64,000 bases of DNA from Streptosporangiaceae bacterium (lineage in GTDB: Bacteria > Actinomycetota > Actinomycetes > Streptosporangiales > Streptosporangiaceae), in contig DATIOU010000175.1 of NCBI GenBank assembly GCA_035472835.1, forward strand, positions 39,081 through 103,080. The letters run 5' to 3'. Of this stretch, positions 27,008 to 36,893 are shown piece after piece. The position numbers and the translations under genes were made by a program. The first letter of the stretch is position 1; the number at the start of each line of letters is the position of its first letter. The notes beneath the pieces were generated by a model, which was not told where the DNA came from, did not search any database, and worked only from the letters and a program-made list of their open reading frames with translations.

Positions 27008-28555
27008 GTGGGCGGAGATCGGAGGCTGGCCGTGGCGATCTGGACGCGCTCGGTGCTTGCTGTCGGCCTGTCGCTGCTCGCCGCGGCCTGCGGCAGCGTG
27101 CCCGCGGGCTCAGGCGGAGGCCGTGCGTCTCCGGCTGCTGCCGGCCCGGCCATGACCGTCATGCCGGCCACCGCGGTGACGGGCGGCCAGCCGCTCCGGG
27201 TACGGATGACGGGGTTCCCGCCGGACTCAACCATCGAGCTTTACGAGTGTGCGGCAGTGAGCGCCTGCGACACAGCCGCCGCGTCCTATACCGGCGCCAG
27301 CCGCGCCGGCAGCGCATCGATCACCTTTATCGCGCAGCCCTCGCTACAAATCGGCACTAGCAGCGCGCCGACTCAGTGCCACCGTCAGTGCGACCTGGTC
27401 GCCGTGACCGTCAAGGAATCCGTCGGCGCCAGCGTGGTGCCGGAGCCGACCGCCCGTGCGCGGCTAGCGTTTGCGACGTCCGGCGGCACGGTCACAAACC
27501 TGGCGTACTCCTCGCTGCTCAGCACGAGCTGGCTCAGCGCCACCGCAGCCTGGGCACTGGCCGGCCAGCCATGTGCAAGCGGCACCTGCACCCGGTTCGC
27601 GCGTACCACCGACGCCGGGCTGCACTGGCACGTGCTGCCCGATCCACCGGCCAAAATCCAGGACGGCATGGTCGGCTGCTCGGTCCAAGCCTGCGTTAGC
27701 CAGGTCACCTTCGCCAGCCCTGGAATCGGCTACCTCTACGGGCCCGCGCTGCTGATGACTACCGACGGCGGCCTGAGCTGGCATGCCCAGCCAGGTCCGC
27801 AAACGGAGACGCTGACCATCGCCGGCGGCCAGGTCTACCGCCTCGTTTACGGCCACGGCGGTTGTCCTGGTCCCTGCCAGCCGTCCCTGCAAGAAGCGTC
27901 AACTGGGTCTACGAACTGGCGGACGCTGATTGGCCAGCTCGCCGAGCCGGGCCGTAGCAGCTCGGCCCAGATCGTCGGTTCCGGTCCGGATGTGCTCGTC
28001 GCGATGTACGGCAGCCTCGCCGGACCGGTTCCGGCGCAGGCTGTCGTCTACCGATCAGCTGACGGTGGCGGCACGTGGCGGCGGGCAGGAGACCCCTGCG
28101 GCGGGCTTGGTCCGAACGGTCCCAAGCAGGAGGAGGACCTAATCGGGCTCGCCGCGGCGCCCGGCGGCTTCTTTGCCGGCCTGTGCGCGCCGCACCAGAT
28201 CACGAGCACGTTTGTCATCACGTCTGCCGACGCGGGCGCGACGTGGCGCCCGACCGTTTCCCAGCCGCCCGGCCACTTGCTCGGCGTCGTCGCGGCGGCG
28301 AATGCCACCACGATCGCCGTCGCCAGCACTGCGCTCGGCGGGAGCGGAACCAACACCGCTCAGCTGTTCGAGACAACTGATGGCGGCCGGCGTTGGGCCA
28401 TCGCCGCCACTGACACGCAGAATCCGACCAACGGCAGCGCCCTGGCCTGGCTCGACTTCGAAACGCCGCTAGTCGGCCAATGGCTCGGCGATCCACATGC
28501 TGTCTGGACCACCACCGATGGCGGCTTGCACTGGACGAGGACCGCGTTCCGCTAA
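27008..28555 (+). CDS. secreted lipoprotein with BNR/Asp-box (Ycf48/sialidase-like beta-propeller) repeats
   Basis: Lipobox 'LLAAACGS'. Asp-box repeats: 'TTDAGLHWH', 'TTDGGLSWH', 'SADGGGTWRR', 'SADAGATWRP', 'TTDGGRRWA', 'TTDGGLHWT'. Confidence 0.75.
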   Translation: MGGDRRLAVAIWTRSVLAVGLSLLAAACGSVPAGSGGGRASPAAAGPAMTVMPATAVTGGQPLRVRMTGFPPDSTIELYECAAVSACDTAAASYTGASRAGSASITFIAQPSLQIGTSSAPTQCHRQCDLVAVTVKESVGASVVPEPTARARLAFATSGGTVTNLAYSSLLSTSWLSATAAWALAGQPCASGTCTRFARTTDAGLHWHVLPDPPAKIQDGMVGCSVQACVSQVTFASPGIGYLYGPALLMTTDGGLSWHAQPGPQTETLTIAGGQVYRLVYGHGGCPGPCQPSLQEASTGSTNWRTLIGQLAEPGRSSSAQIVGSGPDVLVAMYGSLAGPVPAQAVVYRSADGGGTWRRAGDPCGGLGPNGPKQEEDLIGLAAAPGGFFAGLCAPHQITSTFVITSADAGATWRPTVSQPPGHLLGVVAAANATTIAVASTALGGSGTNTAQLFETTDGGRRWAIAATDTQNPTNGSALAWLDFETPLVGQWLGDPHAVWTTTDGGLHWTRTAFR

Positions 28556-28602
28556 GTTGCCAGTCCCGGAGCGTCGGCTCAGCGCGGCCGACTCGCAGAG
28601 CG

Positions 28603-29100
28603 TCAGCTCAACACGCCCCACTCGCGGAGCGTCGGCAGCAGGCCCGGTGTCAGCAGGCCGCTGCCGTCGAGGGCCGCGATCTCGGCTGGCGGGACCCAGC
28701 GGGCGTCGTTTGCGTCGTCACCGGCGGCTAGCTGTCCGCTGACCGGCACGGCGTAGTAGTCCCGGATCTCAAGGACGGCGCCCGCCCCGCCTGGCCGCTC
28801 GACGGATCCGAGCATGGCGCCGCACGTGACCGCGAGGCTGGTCTCCTCGCTGACCTCCCGGACGACAGCTTCCGCATCGGTCTCGCCCGGTTCGATGCGG
28901 CCGCCTGGTATCGACCAGAGGCCCTTGCCCGGATCGTGGCCGCGGAGGATGAGCAGCATCCGCCCGGCATCATCCAAGATCACGGCGCCGACGCACGAGA
29001 TTCGGCGACAATCAGCGGCCGGTGGAGTGCCGGACTCGGTACCGTCCGGGAGCGATCTCTCCGGCTGACTGAAGCCTGGCATCTGGCCATTATGTCCCAA
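28603..29100 (-). CDS. NUDIX hydrolase
   Basis: Nudix box 'GGRIEPGETDAEAVVREVSEETSL'. Confidence 0.85.
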   Translation of the reverse strand: MGHNGQMPGFSQPERSLPDGTESGTPPAADCRRISCVGAVILDDAGRMLLILRGHDPGKGLWSIPGGRIEPGETDAEAVVREVSEETSLAVTCGAMLGSVERPGGAGAVLEIRDYYAVPVSGQLAAGDDANDARWVPPAEIAALDGSGLLTPGLLPTLREWGVLS

Positions 29101-29163
29101 GCTGGCTAGATACTCGCCGGTAGGTAGTTGACGCTGGCGAATCAGGGAATCACTCTAAGTGAG

Positions 29164-29790
29164 ATGAGCCAGGAACTCATGTGTCCGCGCTGTGAGTCAG
29201 GCCTGCACTCGCCGAATATCTGGTCGAGCTCGTATCGGTGTCAGCAGCACGGCAATGTTTACCCTCTCCGGTCGGGATTCAGGCCTTCGCCGGAGGGCCT
29301 CCAGGGCGTGCTGAGAGGAGCGGATGTTCCGGTCTGGGTTCCCTGGCCACTGCCACAGGGCTGGCTGGTCACCGGTTTCGCCGCCGCCGGAGATGAGCGA
29401 ACCGGGACCCGCGGCTGCTCCGTGGTCCTGTCAGGGCCGAACCCGATGGGCGGGCCAGCCGACATGATGCTCATCTCCGAGGAGCCGGGCGTTGGCCTCG
29501 GGGCGAGGTTCGCCGGGCTCGACGGCCCCGATCCAGGCATGGAGTTCCCGGCGGGCCAGCCCGCGGGCGTGGTGGAGGTCTCGCATCACGAGTTCCCGCT
29601 ATGGCATGTTGACGCGAAAGACTGCGCTGCGTTCGCCGGCGAGGTATCAGGCAGCTGGTTCTGGCTGGTGATGTGGCCAGACACGGCCGGCATGATGATG
29701 GCTGAACCGCTGGAGCTGCGGGACCTCCGTGACCCGGGCCAGGACATTGACCTGCCGTTCGGCGCGCCGTCGCCGCTGCTACCAGGCTAA
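29164..29790 (+). CDS. conserved hypothetical protein with N-terminal zinc-ribbon-like Cys pairs
   Basis: 'MSQELMCPRCESGL..YRCQQHGNVYPL'. Good coding periodicity. Start trimmed to ATG 29164. Confidence 0.6.
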   Translation: MSQELMCPRCESGLHSPNIWSSSYRCQQHGNVYPLRSGFRPSPEGLQGVLRGADVPVWVPWPLPQGWLVTGFAAAGDERTGTRGCSVVLSGPNPMGGPADMMLISEEPGVGLGARFAGLDGPDPGMEFPAGQPAGVVEVSHHEFPLWHVDAKDCAAFAGEVSGSWFWLVMWPDTAGMMMAEPLELRDLRDPGQDIDLPFGAPSPLLPG

Positions 29791-29799
29791 TGTCGCAGT

Positions 29800-30648
29800 G
29801 TGCGCGCGGACCTGCACAACCACAGCAGTGTCTCTGACGGCACGGAGCCGCCAGCTGTGGTCGTCCGCCGCGCCGCGGAAGCTGGCCTGGATGTCGTCGC
29901 GCTGACCGATCACGACACGCTGGCTGGCCAGCGCGAAGCGGCGAGCGCCCTCCCGCCAGGACTGACGCTGCTACCAGGTTCCGAGATCTCCTGTCGCATG
30001 AACGGCCACAGCGTGCACGTGCTGGCCTACCTGTTCGACCCCGAAAATGACGATCTGGCCGGCGAGATGGCCGAGATCAGGGAGAGCAGGCTGCACCGTG
30101 CGCGCGCCATGGTCAGGAAGCTGAACGAGCTGGGCGTTCCCATCTCGTGGGAACAGGTGAGCGAGATCGCTGGCGGCGGCGTGGTGGGCCGGCCGCACAT
30201 CGCCCGCGCAATGATCGACGCCGGCGTGGTGTCCAGCATCGAAGAGGCGTTCTCGCCAGAGTGGATCGGGCCCAGCGGCCGCGCCCACGTGTCGCGGTAC
30301 GCGCTCGACCCGGCGAAGGCCATCCGCCTCGTCCGCGCGGCCGGCGGAGTGACCGTTCTCGCGCACCCGCGCGGCGCGACGCGCGGCTGGCAGATCCCGG
30401 ACGACGTCATCACCGAGCTCGCCGCGACAGGCCTGACCGGGATTGAGATCAACCACCCCCAGCACAATGAGCAGGAACGGGGCCGCCTCACCGAGCTAGC
30501 CGCAAGGCTCGGGCTCGTTGCCTCGGGCGGGAGCGACGATCACGGCGCGCTGACCGGTTTCCGAATCGGAGCCGAGGTGGCGCCCGAGGGCGGCTACCAG
30601 CAGCTCATCGCCCACGCCACCGGCGCCGCACCGGTGACCGGCAGCTAA
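29800..30648 (+). CDS. PHP domain metal-dependent phosphoesterase (TrpH/YciV-like)
   Basis: 'RADLHNHSSVSDG', 'VVALTDHDT', 'VLAHP'. Confidence 0.85.
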   Translation: MRADLHNHSSVSDGTEPPAVVVRRAAEAGLDVVALTDHDTLAGQREAASALPPGLTLLPGSEISCRMNGHSVHVLAYLFDPENDDLAGEMAEIRESRLHRARAMVRKLNELGVPISWEQVSEIAGGGVVGRPHIARAMIDAGVVSSIEEAFSPEWIGPSGRAHVSRYALDPAKAIRLVRAAGGVTVLAHPRGATRGWQIPDDVITELAATGLTGIEINHPQHNEQERGRLTELAARLGLVASGGSDDHGALTGFRIGAEVAPEGGYQQLIAHATGAAPVTGS

Positions 30649-30763
30649 TCCGCAAGCCGCGGATAGGCCTGGCCCGTGAGCTTGGTTCGTCCGCGCCCGG
30701 AACGGACTATCGTGCTCCAGAGCTATTAAGCCGAGTCAGCAGAGCACGGAAGGCAGTTCCTTC

Positions 30764-31429
30764 ATGGCAGCAGAAGGCGTGCGAATCGAACTTGTCACCG
30801 GCCGGGCCAATACGTGGATCGTCGGTGACGATGCCGAGGTCATCGTCATAGATCCTGGTGAGGACGCCGCCGCTGTGCTCGACGCCGTCGGCGAACGGGA
30901 AGTCCTCGCGGTGATCTGCACGCACGGCCACGTTGGGCACACCGGTGCAGCAGTCGAGGTGGCCAAGCGCGACGAGGCGCCCGTGGCCTTGCACCCCGCG
31001 GAGCGGCTGGCGTGGCGCGAGGTGCATTCAGGCGGTGATCCCGAGATCGACATAGAGGATGGCGGCATCTTCGAGGTCGCGGACGTCGCGCTGGAGGTGC
31101 TGCACGCACCTGGCCACAGCCGCGGGTCGTGCTGCCTGTATTCGGAGGATCTGGACGTCGTCTTCGCCGGCGACGTGGTGGGCGAGCACGGCCCCGTTCC
31201 CCGTCGCGAGGGCTTTCCGAACTGGGCTAAGCAGCTGGACGCCATCGGCGCCCAGATTCTCACTCTGCCACCGGATACGCGGATACTCCCAGGCCACGGC
31301 GACGAGCTGACCGTGGCGATCGCTGAGAAGCGGTTTAACACCTGGGTGGCGGCCGGCCCGGATCAGGACTACCTGGCCGATGGCTTCGGCGACACCGGCT
31401 CGGTACCGGTCGATACCGACGCCGAATAG
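30764..31429 (+). CDS. MBL-fold metallo-hydrolase
   Basis: 'VICTHGHVGHTGA' (HxHxxH variant), 'HAPGHSRGS', 'ILPGHG'. Confidence 0.8.
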   Translation: MAAEGVRIELVTGRANTWIVGDDAEVIVIDPGEDAAAVLDAVGEREVLAVICTHGHVGHTGAAVEVAKRDEAPVALHPAERLAWREVHSGGDPEIDIEDGGIFEVADVALEVLHAPGHSRGSCCLYSEDLDVVFAGDVVGEHGPVPRREGFPNWAKQLDAIGAQILTLPPDTRILPGHGDELTVAIAEKRFNTWVAAGPDQDYLADGFGDTGSVPVDTDAE

Positions 31430-31470
31430 CTTCGCGCCGCGCCGAGTGGCGGCTCGGCAGTGTCAGTGGC

Positions 31471-32394
31471 ATGAGCGAAGATGGCCGTATGGAGCAGCTC
31501 GGCCTTGACGGCATGCCGCGGCGGCTTTATGCGTGCACACCGACCCGGCTAGCTACCTGGCTGGACTGCCCGCGGAAGTATCGGTTCGCCTACCTGGACC
31601 GCCCCCCGCCGCCGAAGGGGCCGCCGTGGGCGCACAACAGTCTTGGCGCCAGCGTCCACAACGCGCTCGCTGGATGGTGGCGACTGCCGCGGCGGGAACG
31701 GACCGTGACGGCGGCCGGGGATCTGCTGGAGAGCGGCTGGCTTACCGACGGTTTCGCCGATGATGCGCAGTCGCTGGAGCACCGGGTCCGGTGCCGGCAA
31801 ATGGTCGAGGACTACGTGGCGAGACTTGACCCGGCTCGCGAGCCGGTCGGGGTCGAGCGCACGGTCGCGACGCGGTCTGAGCTGATCGCTGTCTCCGGCC
31901 GGATCGACCGGCTAGACGATCGGCTGTCGGATGACGGCCTGTCCAGGGAGCTCGTCGTGGTGGACTACAAGACAGGTCGCCACCTGCTTACCGTGGACGA
32001 CGCGCGGACGTCGCTTGCGCTGGCCCTGTACGCGCAGGCCGCCGAGCGAGTGATGCGCCGGCCATGCCGGCGAGTCGAACTGCACCACCTACCGACCGGC
32101 AATGTCCTCGCCTGGGAGCACACGCCCGAGTCGCTCGCCAGGCACCTCGGCCGGGCCGAGGCGATCGCCGGGGAGTGCGCTCAGGCTGACGAGCAGTACA
32201 AGACTGCGGCCGCCGTCGGCCTCGCAGCCGATGAGATGTTCCAGCCTCGGCCCACCATCGGCTGCGGCTGGTGCGACTTCCGCGGCAGTTGTCCCGAAGG
32301 CGCAGCCGCCACTCAACAGCGGCGGCCGTGGGACGGCATCATCCCGCAGACCGGGGGAGACGCCAGGGTGGCCGTTGCCGCCAGTCCGGCCTGA
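31471..32394 (+). CDS. PD-(D/E)XK nuclease family protein (RecB/AddB/Cas4-like, Fe-S cluster type)
   Basis: 'GRIDRLDD..LVVVDYKTG' (D..D/ExK core). N-terminal Cys ('WLDCPRKY') plus C-terminal CxxCxxxxxC ('GCGWCDFRGSCPEG'), as in AddB/Cas4 4Fe-4S nucleases. Confidence 0.75.
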   Translation: MSEDGRMEQLGLDGMPRRLYACTPTRLATWLDCPRKYRFAYLDRPPPPKGPPWAHNSLGASVHNALAGWWRLPRRERTVTAAGDLLESGWLTDGFADDAQSLEHRVRCRQMVEDYVARLDPAREPVGVERTVATRSELIAVSGRIDRLDDRLSDDGLSRELVVVDYKTGRHLLTVDDARTSLALALYAQAAERVMRRPCRRVELHHLPTGNVLAWEHTPESLARHLGRAEAIAGECAQADEQYKTAAAVGLAADEMFQPRPTIGCGWCDFRGSCPEGAAATQQRRPWDGIIPQTGGDARVAVAASPA

Positions 32395-32508
32395 TCGGTT
32401 CCTTCATAGCAAGCAACGGCAGTGAAGGCTGGGCCGGTAAGGGCAGATCGTTACTTGTCCGTTACACTCCGTAATCAAAGCCACTGGGCAAGAGAGCCGG
32501 GGGGACAG

Positions 32509-32871
32509 ATGGCTGCGATGACGCGGAAGAGCCTGGACACGCCTGATGAGACCCGCCCGTTTGAGGGCGGCACCGGTCAGGTCGAGCTAGTCGCCACCGA
32601 GACGGGCCCTGTGGGCCGGGCGACTTTCCAGCCTGGCTGGCGCTGGTCGGAGCACGTCAAGCCGATCGCACACACGGACAGCTGCCAGGCATCGCATCTG
32701 GGCTACTTCGTCTCTGGGCGTATGGACGTCGTCATGGACGACGGCGAGGAGATGGTGTTCGAGCCGGGCGACTTCGCGATTATCCCGCCCGGACACGACG
32801 CATGGATCGTGGGCGACGAACCCTGCGTCGTCATCGACTGGCAGGGCTTCGCCGATTACGCCAAGCGCTGA
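32509..32871 (+). CDS. cupin domain protein
   Basis: 120 aa, beta-rich, 'GDFAIIPPGHDAWIVGDEP'. ATG 32509 follows a G-rich Shine-Dalgarno region. Confidence 0.7.
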   Translation: MAAMTRKSLDTPDETRPFEGGTGQVELVATETGPVGRATFQPGWRWSEHVKPIAHTDSCQASHLGYFVSGRMDVVMDDGEEMVFEPGDFAIIPPGHDAWIVGDEPCVVIDWQGFADYAKR

Positions 32872-32918
32872 CGGAGTCCGCCATCGAGCGGCCGGAGCCG
32901 CTTAGGAGATCTCAAACG

Positions 32919-33881
32919 TCATGACGCGGCGCGACGGCTCCGGCCGCACGAGTGAATTGTCGGCTGGCGGCGTTCGGCGGCGTTCCAGAACTGCGTCAGG
33001 ATGCTGGATGTCGTCACCGGTGCTTCAACGGCAGGCGAGTGGGCGGCGCCGGGGATGCAAGCGCGCTCGGCGCCAAGGCGCTTGGCCATCTGGTCTTGCT
33101 CTTCGGTCGGCCAAGCATCGTCATTCTCGCCGTAGACCACCATCGTCGACAGGTTCGCGATGGCCGCGGCATCCGCAAGCTCGTCGGTGCGGTCGGCGCA
33201 GGTGAGCAGGTACCGCGCGATCGCGATGTAGTGGATCGGGCAAGTGCGGAGCGTCCGCTCTCGCAAGAACGCGATGATGTGATCGTCCGTGCCGTCAGCG
33301 CGGGCCTGCGGCTCCAGCTGATCGCGCCAGATGAGCCGGACCAGGCCGGCGAGCCGCACTCGGTCCTCCGTGCTATCCCCGTCGCCCTGGTCGAGCACCG
33401 ATAGCAGCTCAGTCAGGGTCGCGGCCCGCTGGCCGCCGAGCGCACCAGGCCCAGACCCGAGCAAGGTCAGCGACAAGAACGACGCCGCTCGCGTCAGCAC
33501 CGCTTCGCGTGCGATGAGCCCGCCCATGGAGTGGCCCACGAGGTGCATGCCATCGGCGTCGGGCGCGACTGCATCAGCGATCGCGAGTACGTCGGCCGCC
33601 AGCTGCGGCGCCGAGTAGCCCGCTCGGTCCGCGGCATGCGGGCTCTGAAACTGACCGCGCTGATCGATGGCGTACACGTGGCGGCCCGCCGAGGCGAGTG
33701 GTTCCAGGATGGCGAGGAAGTCTTCCTTGCTGCCCGTGAAGCCTGGCACCAGGATGGCCGGCCTTCGGTAGCTCACCCCCCGGCAGGGCTGAGCCTCCAG
33801 AACCGCGAAGGTACCGCGAGCCGTCTGCAGTGTCGCTGACCGGACGTGGTCTGGCATTTCCAGAGACCGGGGTGTGCTCAC
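32919..33881 (-). CDS. alpha/beta hydrolase
   Basis: 'AILVPGFTGSKEDF' and nucleophile elbow 'LVGHSMGG'. Confidence 0.8.
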   Translation of the reverse strand: MSTPRSLEMPDHVRSATLQTARGTFAVLEAQPCRGVSYRRPAILVPGFTGSKEDFLAILEPLASAGRHVYAIDQRGQFQSPHAADRAGYSAPQLAADVLAIADAVAPDADGMHLVGHSMGGLIAREAVLTRAASFLSLTLLGSGPGALGGQRAATLTELLSVLDQGDGDSTEDRVRLAGLVRLIWRDQLEPQARADGTDDHIIAFLRERTLRTCPIHYIAIARYLLTCADRTDELADAAAIANLSTMVVYGENDDAWPTEEQDQMAKRLGAERACIPGAAHSPAVEAPVTTSSILTQFWNAAERRQPTIHSCGRSRRAAS

Positions 33882-34084
33882 GAGGTGGCAGCCTATCGAG
33901 AGATAGCTGGAATGTAACAGTCAAATAACGCAGGATCAGCTGAGAGTGTTCCGGCGCCGACCGCATGATGCCCGGTAGAAATCCGGCGAAAACCAGCGAC
34001 ATCAACTCGTCACGTGCTGTTAACACGGCGAGCAAGAAGAACCGCGCCGACTCCGCGAGCACATCGCCAGCTGGCCTGACGGGC

Positions 34085-35782
34085 CTAGTCGCTGGCGGTG
34101 GTTTCGCTGGCGGTGGTTTCGCTGGCGGCGGCTTCGCTGGCGGCGGGCCGAGCTACGCCGCGACCCCGCGACGACGGCCGCCGGCGCGACTTTCGGGCGG
34201 AGGCCTGGTCACCAGCCGCGGCAGAGCCGCTTGCCGCCGCCTGGCCAACGTCCACAGCGCCGCCCCGGTCATCTGAATCGGGCGAGCCGAACGCATCAGG
34301 TGCCGCCGCGTTACCGGCAGCGGTCTGGCCGGCTCGGGTACGACGCCGGGAACGGGGTTTCCGCGGCCCAGCCTCTCGCCCGTCGCCGTCGCCGGTGTGG
34401 CCGCGCGTTCGTGAACTGGTCGAGCCAGGTCGAAGCTCGCGTCCGCGCGCGCCGCCCGCCGAAGACCGCGACCGCATCTTGCCCGTCTCGCCGATGTCTT
34501 CCAGCTTCTCGGCCTCGAGGCCGGCGCGTCCGCGCTGATCCCTTGGCAGCACGCCCTTGGCGGCGGCTGGGATGTTCAGGGCGGCGTACAAGTGCTCGGA
34601 GGTGGAGTACGTCTCTAGTGGTTCAGGGAAGTCAAGGTGCAGGACGTCGTTGATCGTCTTCCAGCGGCTGAGGTCAGCCCAGTCGACGAACGTCACTGCC
34701 ACGCCGTCGCGGCCGGCCCGGCCCGTCCGGCCGATGCGGTGCAGATACGCCTTTTCGTCCTCGGGACACTCGTAGTTGACCACGTGGGTCACGTCGTCAA
34801 CGTCTAGGCCGCGAGCAGCGACATCGGTGGCAACCAGCACGTCGACCTTGCCTGCCCGGAACGCTCGCATAGCCCGCTCACGCTGACTCTGGCCGAGGTC
34901 ACCGTGCACGGCTCCGGCCGCAAAGCCCTTAGTCGTCAGGGTGGTAGCGACCTGGTCACAGGATCGTTTGGTCCGGCAGAACACGATCGTCAGGCCGCGA
35001 CCCTCGGCCTGCAGGATCCGGGCGAGTACCTCGAGTTTGTCCATCTGGTGCGCTCGAAACACATGCTGCTGCGTAGACGGCACGTGCTGCGGCTCATCGT
35101 GCTGTTCGGCCCGGATGTGCATCGGGCGGCTCAGGTGTCGCCGCGCGAGCGTCACGATCTCGCCAGGCATCGTCGCAGAGAACAGCATGGTCTGCCGGCT
35201 CGCCGGCGTCAGCTGGAGGATGCGCTCGACATCTGGAAGGAAGCCGAGGTCAAGCATCTTGTCGGCCTCGTCGAGGACGAGCGTCGCGACCTTGCCGAGC
35301 TTCAAGTGGCCCTGCCGCGCGAGGTCGAGCAGCCGGCCCGGCGTCCCGACAACGATGTCGACGCTGGCCAGTGCGTCGATCTGCGGCTCGTACGCCCTCC
35401 CGCCGTAGAGCGTCACTACCTTCGCATCCAGCCGGCTACCCGCAAGCCTGAGGTCGTCGGCGACCTGGATCGCGAGCTCCCGGGTCGGCACGACGATCAG
35501 CGAACGGGGTGACGCATTCTCGCGGTGCGTCGTGTCCAGGCGCTCAAGAATCGGGATCCCGAAGGCCAGTGTCTTGCCGGTCCCCGTGCGAGCCTGGCCG
35601 ATGAGGTCATGGCCGTCTAGCGCGACCGGGAGGGTCAGCGCCTGAATCGGGAATGCTGTCGTGATGCCCTCGGCCTCGAGGGCCGCGCAGATGGGCTCGG
35701 CGATACCGAAGTCCCGGAATGTCTTGGCGCCCACTGGCGCCGTCAGTTCGATCTCTGAGCTGTCGTCCATGCTCGCTGTCAA
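34085..35782 (-). CDS. rhlE: DEAD-box ATP-dependent RNA helicase (RhlE-like)
   Basis: Q-motif region 'FRDFGI..PIQ', 'ARTGTGKT', 'VLDEADKML', 'SAT', 'HRIGRTGRAG'. Basic and low-complexity C-terminal tail. Confidence 0.9.
   Translation of the reverse strand: MTASMDDSSEIELTAPVGAKTFRDFGIAEPICAALEAEGITTAFPIQALTLPVALDGHDLIGQARTGTGKTLAFGIPILERLDTTHRENASPRSLIVVPTRELAIQVADDLRLAGSRLDAKVVTLYGGRAYEPQIDALASVDIVVGTPGRLLDLARQGHLKLGKVATLVLDEADKMLDLGFLPDVERILQLTPASRQTMLFSATMPGEIVTLARRHLSRPMHIRAEQHDEPQHVPSTQQHVFRAHQMDKLEVLARILQAEGRGLTIVFCRTKRSCDQVATTLTTKGFAAGAVHGDLGQSQRERAMRAFRAGKVDVLVATDVAARGLDVDDVTHVVNYECPEDEKAYLHRIGRTGRAGRDGVAVTFVDWADLSRWKTINDVLHLDFPEPLETYSTSEHLYAALNIPAAAKGVLPRDQRGRAGLEAEKLEDIGETGKMRSRSSAGGARGRELRPGSTSSRTRGHTGDGDGREAGPRKPRSRRRTRAGQTAAGNAAAPDAFGSPDSDDRGGAVDVGQAAASGSAAAGDQASARKSRRRPSSRGRGVARPAASEAAASETTASETTASD
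34091..34145 (-). repeat. 15-bp in-frame tandem repeat at the 3' end of the DEAD-box helicase gene
   Basis: GCTGGCGGTGGTTTC x2, then the variant GCTGGCGGCGGCTTC, then a partial copy. Encodes the '..SEAAASETTASETTASD' tail. Confidence 0.8.
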
Positions 35783-36149
35783 TGTCGTCAGGGCTTCCGC
35801 CTCTATCTAGGCCCGTGGCAGCCTGGCGCGAAGTGCGCCTGGGCAGAGATTGCCAGGGGCTGGCAAGTGACCCCTCCGGCGGGACGGGCTTCGTCATTGC
35901 GCGGCACTGGCCACGCTCTCGCGGAGGAGAAGCAGCGCTCCATTCGTCCCCGCATCAAGCTGCAGGAAGTTCGTCGCGCTTACGATCTGTGTAACGCGGT
36001 CGGGGGAGACCACATTCCTCTGTGGATCGCGAGTCAGTCTAGCAAGCCGAGCGAGATGGGCCCGCTACCTGCGTCGCGTGGCGTGCGAGCGCGTCTTGGC
36101 AAGCCGATCTTCGTAGCCGCCGAGCCTCGCATGGCGTGCCGCTGCGGTC

Positions 36150-36860
36150 GTGCCTTACTCTGCGGTCGTGACCAACGCTGAAGGCGAGGCCAGCGGTCCA
36201 GTGCCCGGCGGGTCTTCCCAGGACGGGGTGCTCGACCTCCTAGGCCTCCTCGCTTATGCGTCGCTGACCGCGTTCTTCCGGCTGTCCGACGATGCGGCCC
36301 TGGCGATCTCGCTGGCCGACAAGACCGCACTCGCGGAGATGGCCGTCGTCGAGTTCGGGCACTTCCAGTTGCTCCGGGGCCGGATCGAAGAGATGTCGAC
36401 CGACCCGCAAGCCGTGATGCAGCCGTTCGTCGCCGCGGTCGACGCTTTCCACGCCAGAACGGCCCCGGCTGACTGGCTTGAGGGCCTCGTCAAGGCTTAC
36501 GTCGGCGACGGGATCGCCGAGGATTTCTACCGGGCGGTGGCCCAGGTGCTAGATCCGCCCACCCGGGACCTTGTGCTGACTGTCCTGGCCGACGCCGGCC
36601 ATTCAGAGTTCGTGATCGCCAGGGTGCGCGAGGCGACGGAGCTTGACGCGCGCGTCGCCGGACGGCTGGCACTGTGGGCCAGGCGACTCGTCGGAGAGGC
36701 GCTGGGACAGGCACAGCGCGTCGCGGCCGAGCGGGAACCGCTGGCCAGGTTGCTGGGCGGCGACGCGACCAGCCAGCTCGGCGACATCGGACGGATGTTC
36801 GCTCAGCTAACGGACGCGCATGCTGCGCGGATGGCGGCCCTGGGGCTGGACGCCTCGTAG
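36150..36860 (+). CDS. ferritin-like fold protein (actinobacterial, neighbour of DUF3107)
   Basis: 236-aa helical protein, 'LLGLLAYASLTAFFRLSDDA..EMAVVEFGHFQLL'. Conserved position next to DUF3107/TetR/rhlE, as in the mycobacterial Rv3207c-Rv3211 region. Function unknown. Confidence 0.65.
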   Translation: MPYSAVVTNAEGEASGPVPGGSSQDGVLDLLGLLAYASLTAFFRLSDDAALAISLADKTALAEMAVVEFGHFQLLRGRIEEMSTDPQAVMQPFVAAVDAFHARTAPADWLEGLVKAYVGDGIAEDFYRAVAQVLDPPTRDLVLTVLADAGHSEFVIARVREATELDARVAGRLALWARRLVGEALGQAQRVAAEREPLARLLGGDATSQLGDIGRMFAQLTDAHAARMAALGLDAS

Positions 36861-36893
36861 CTGGTTCGGGCCGAAGCCGATGCCAGGCGAGGA

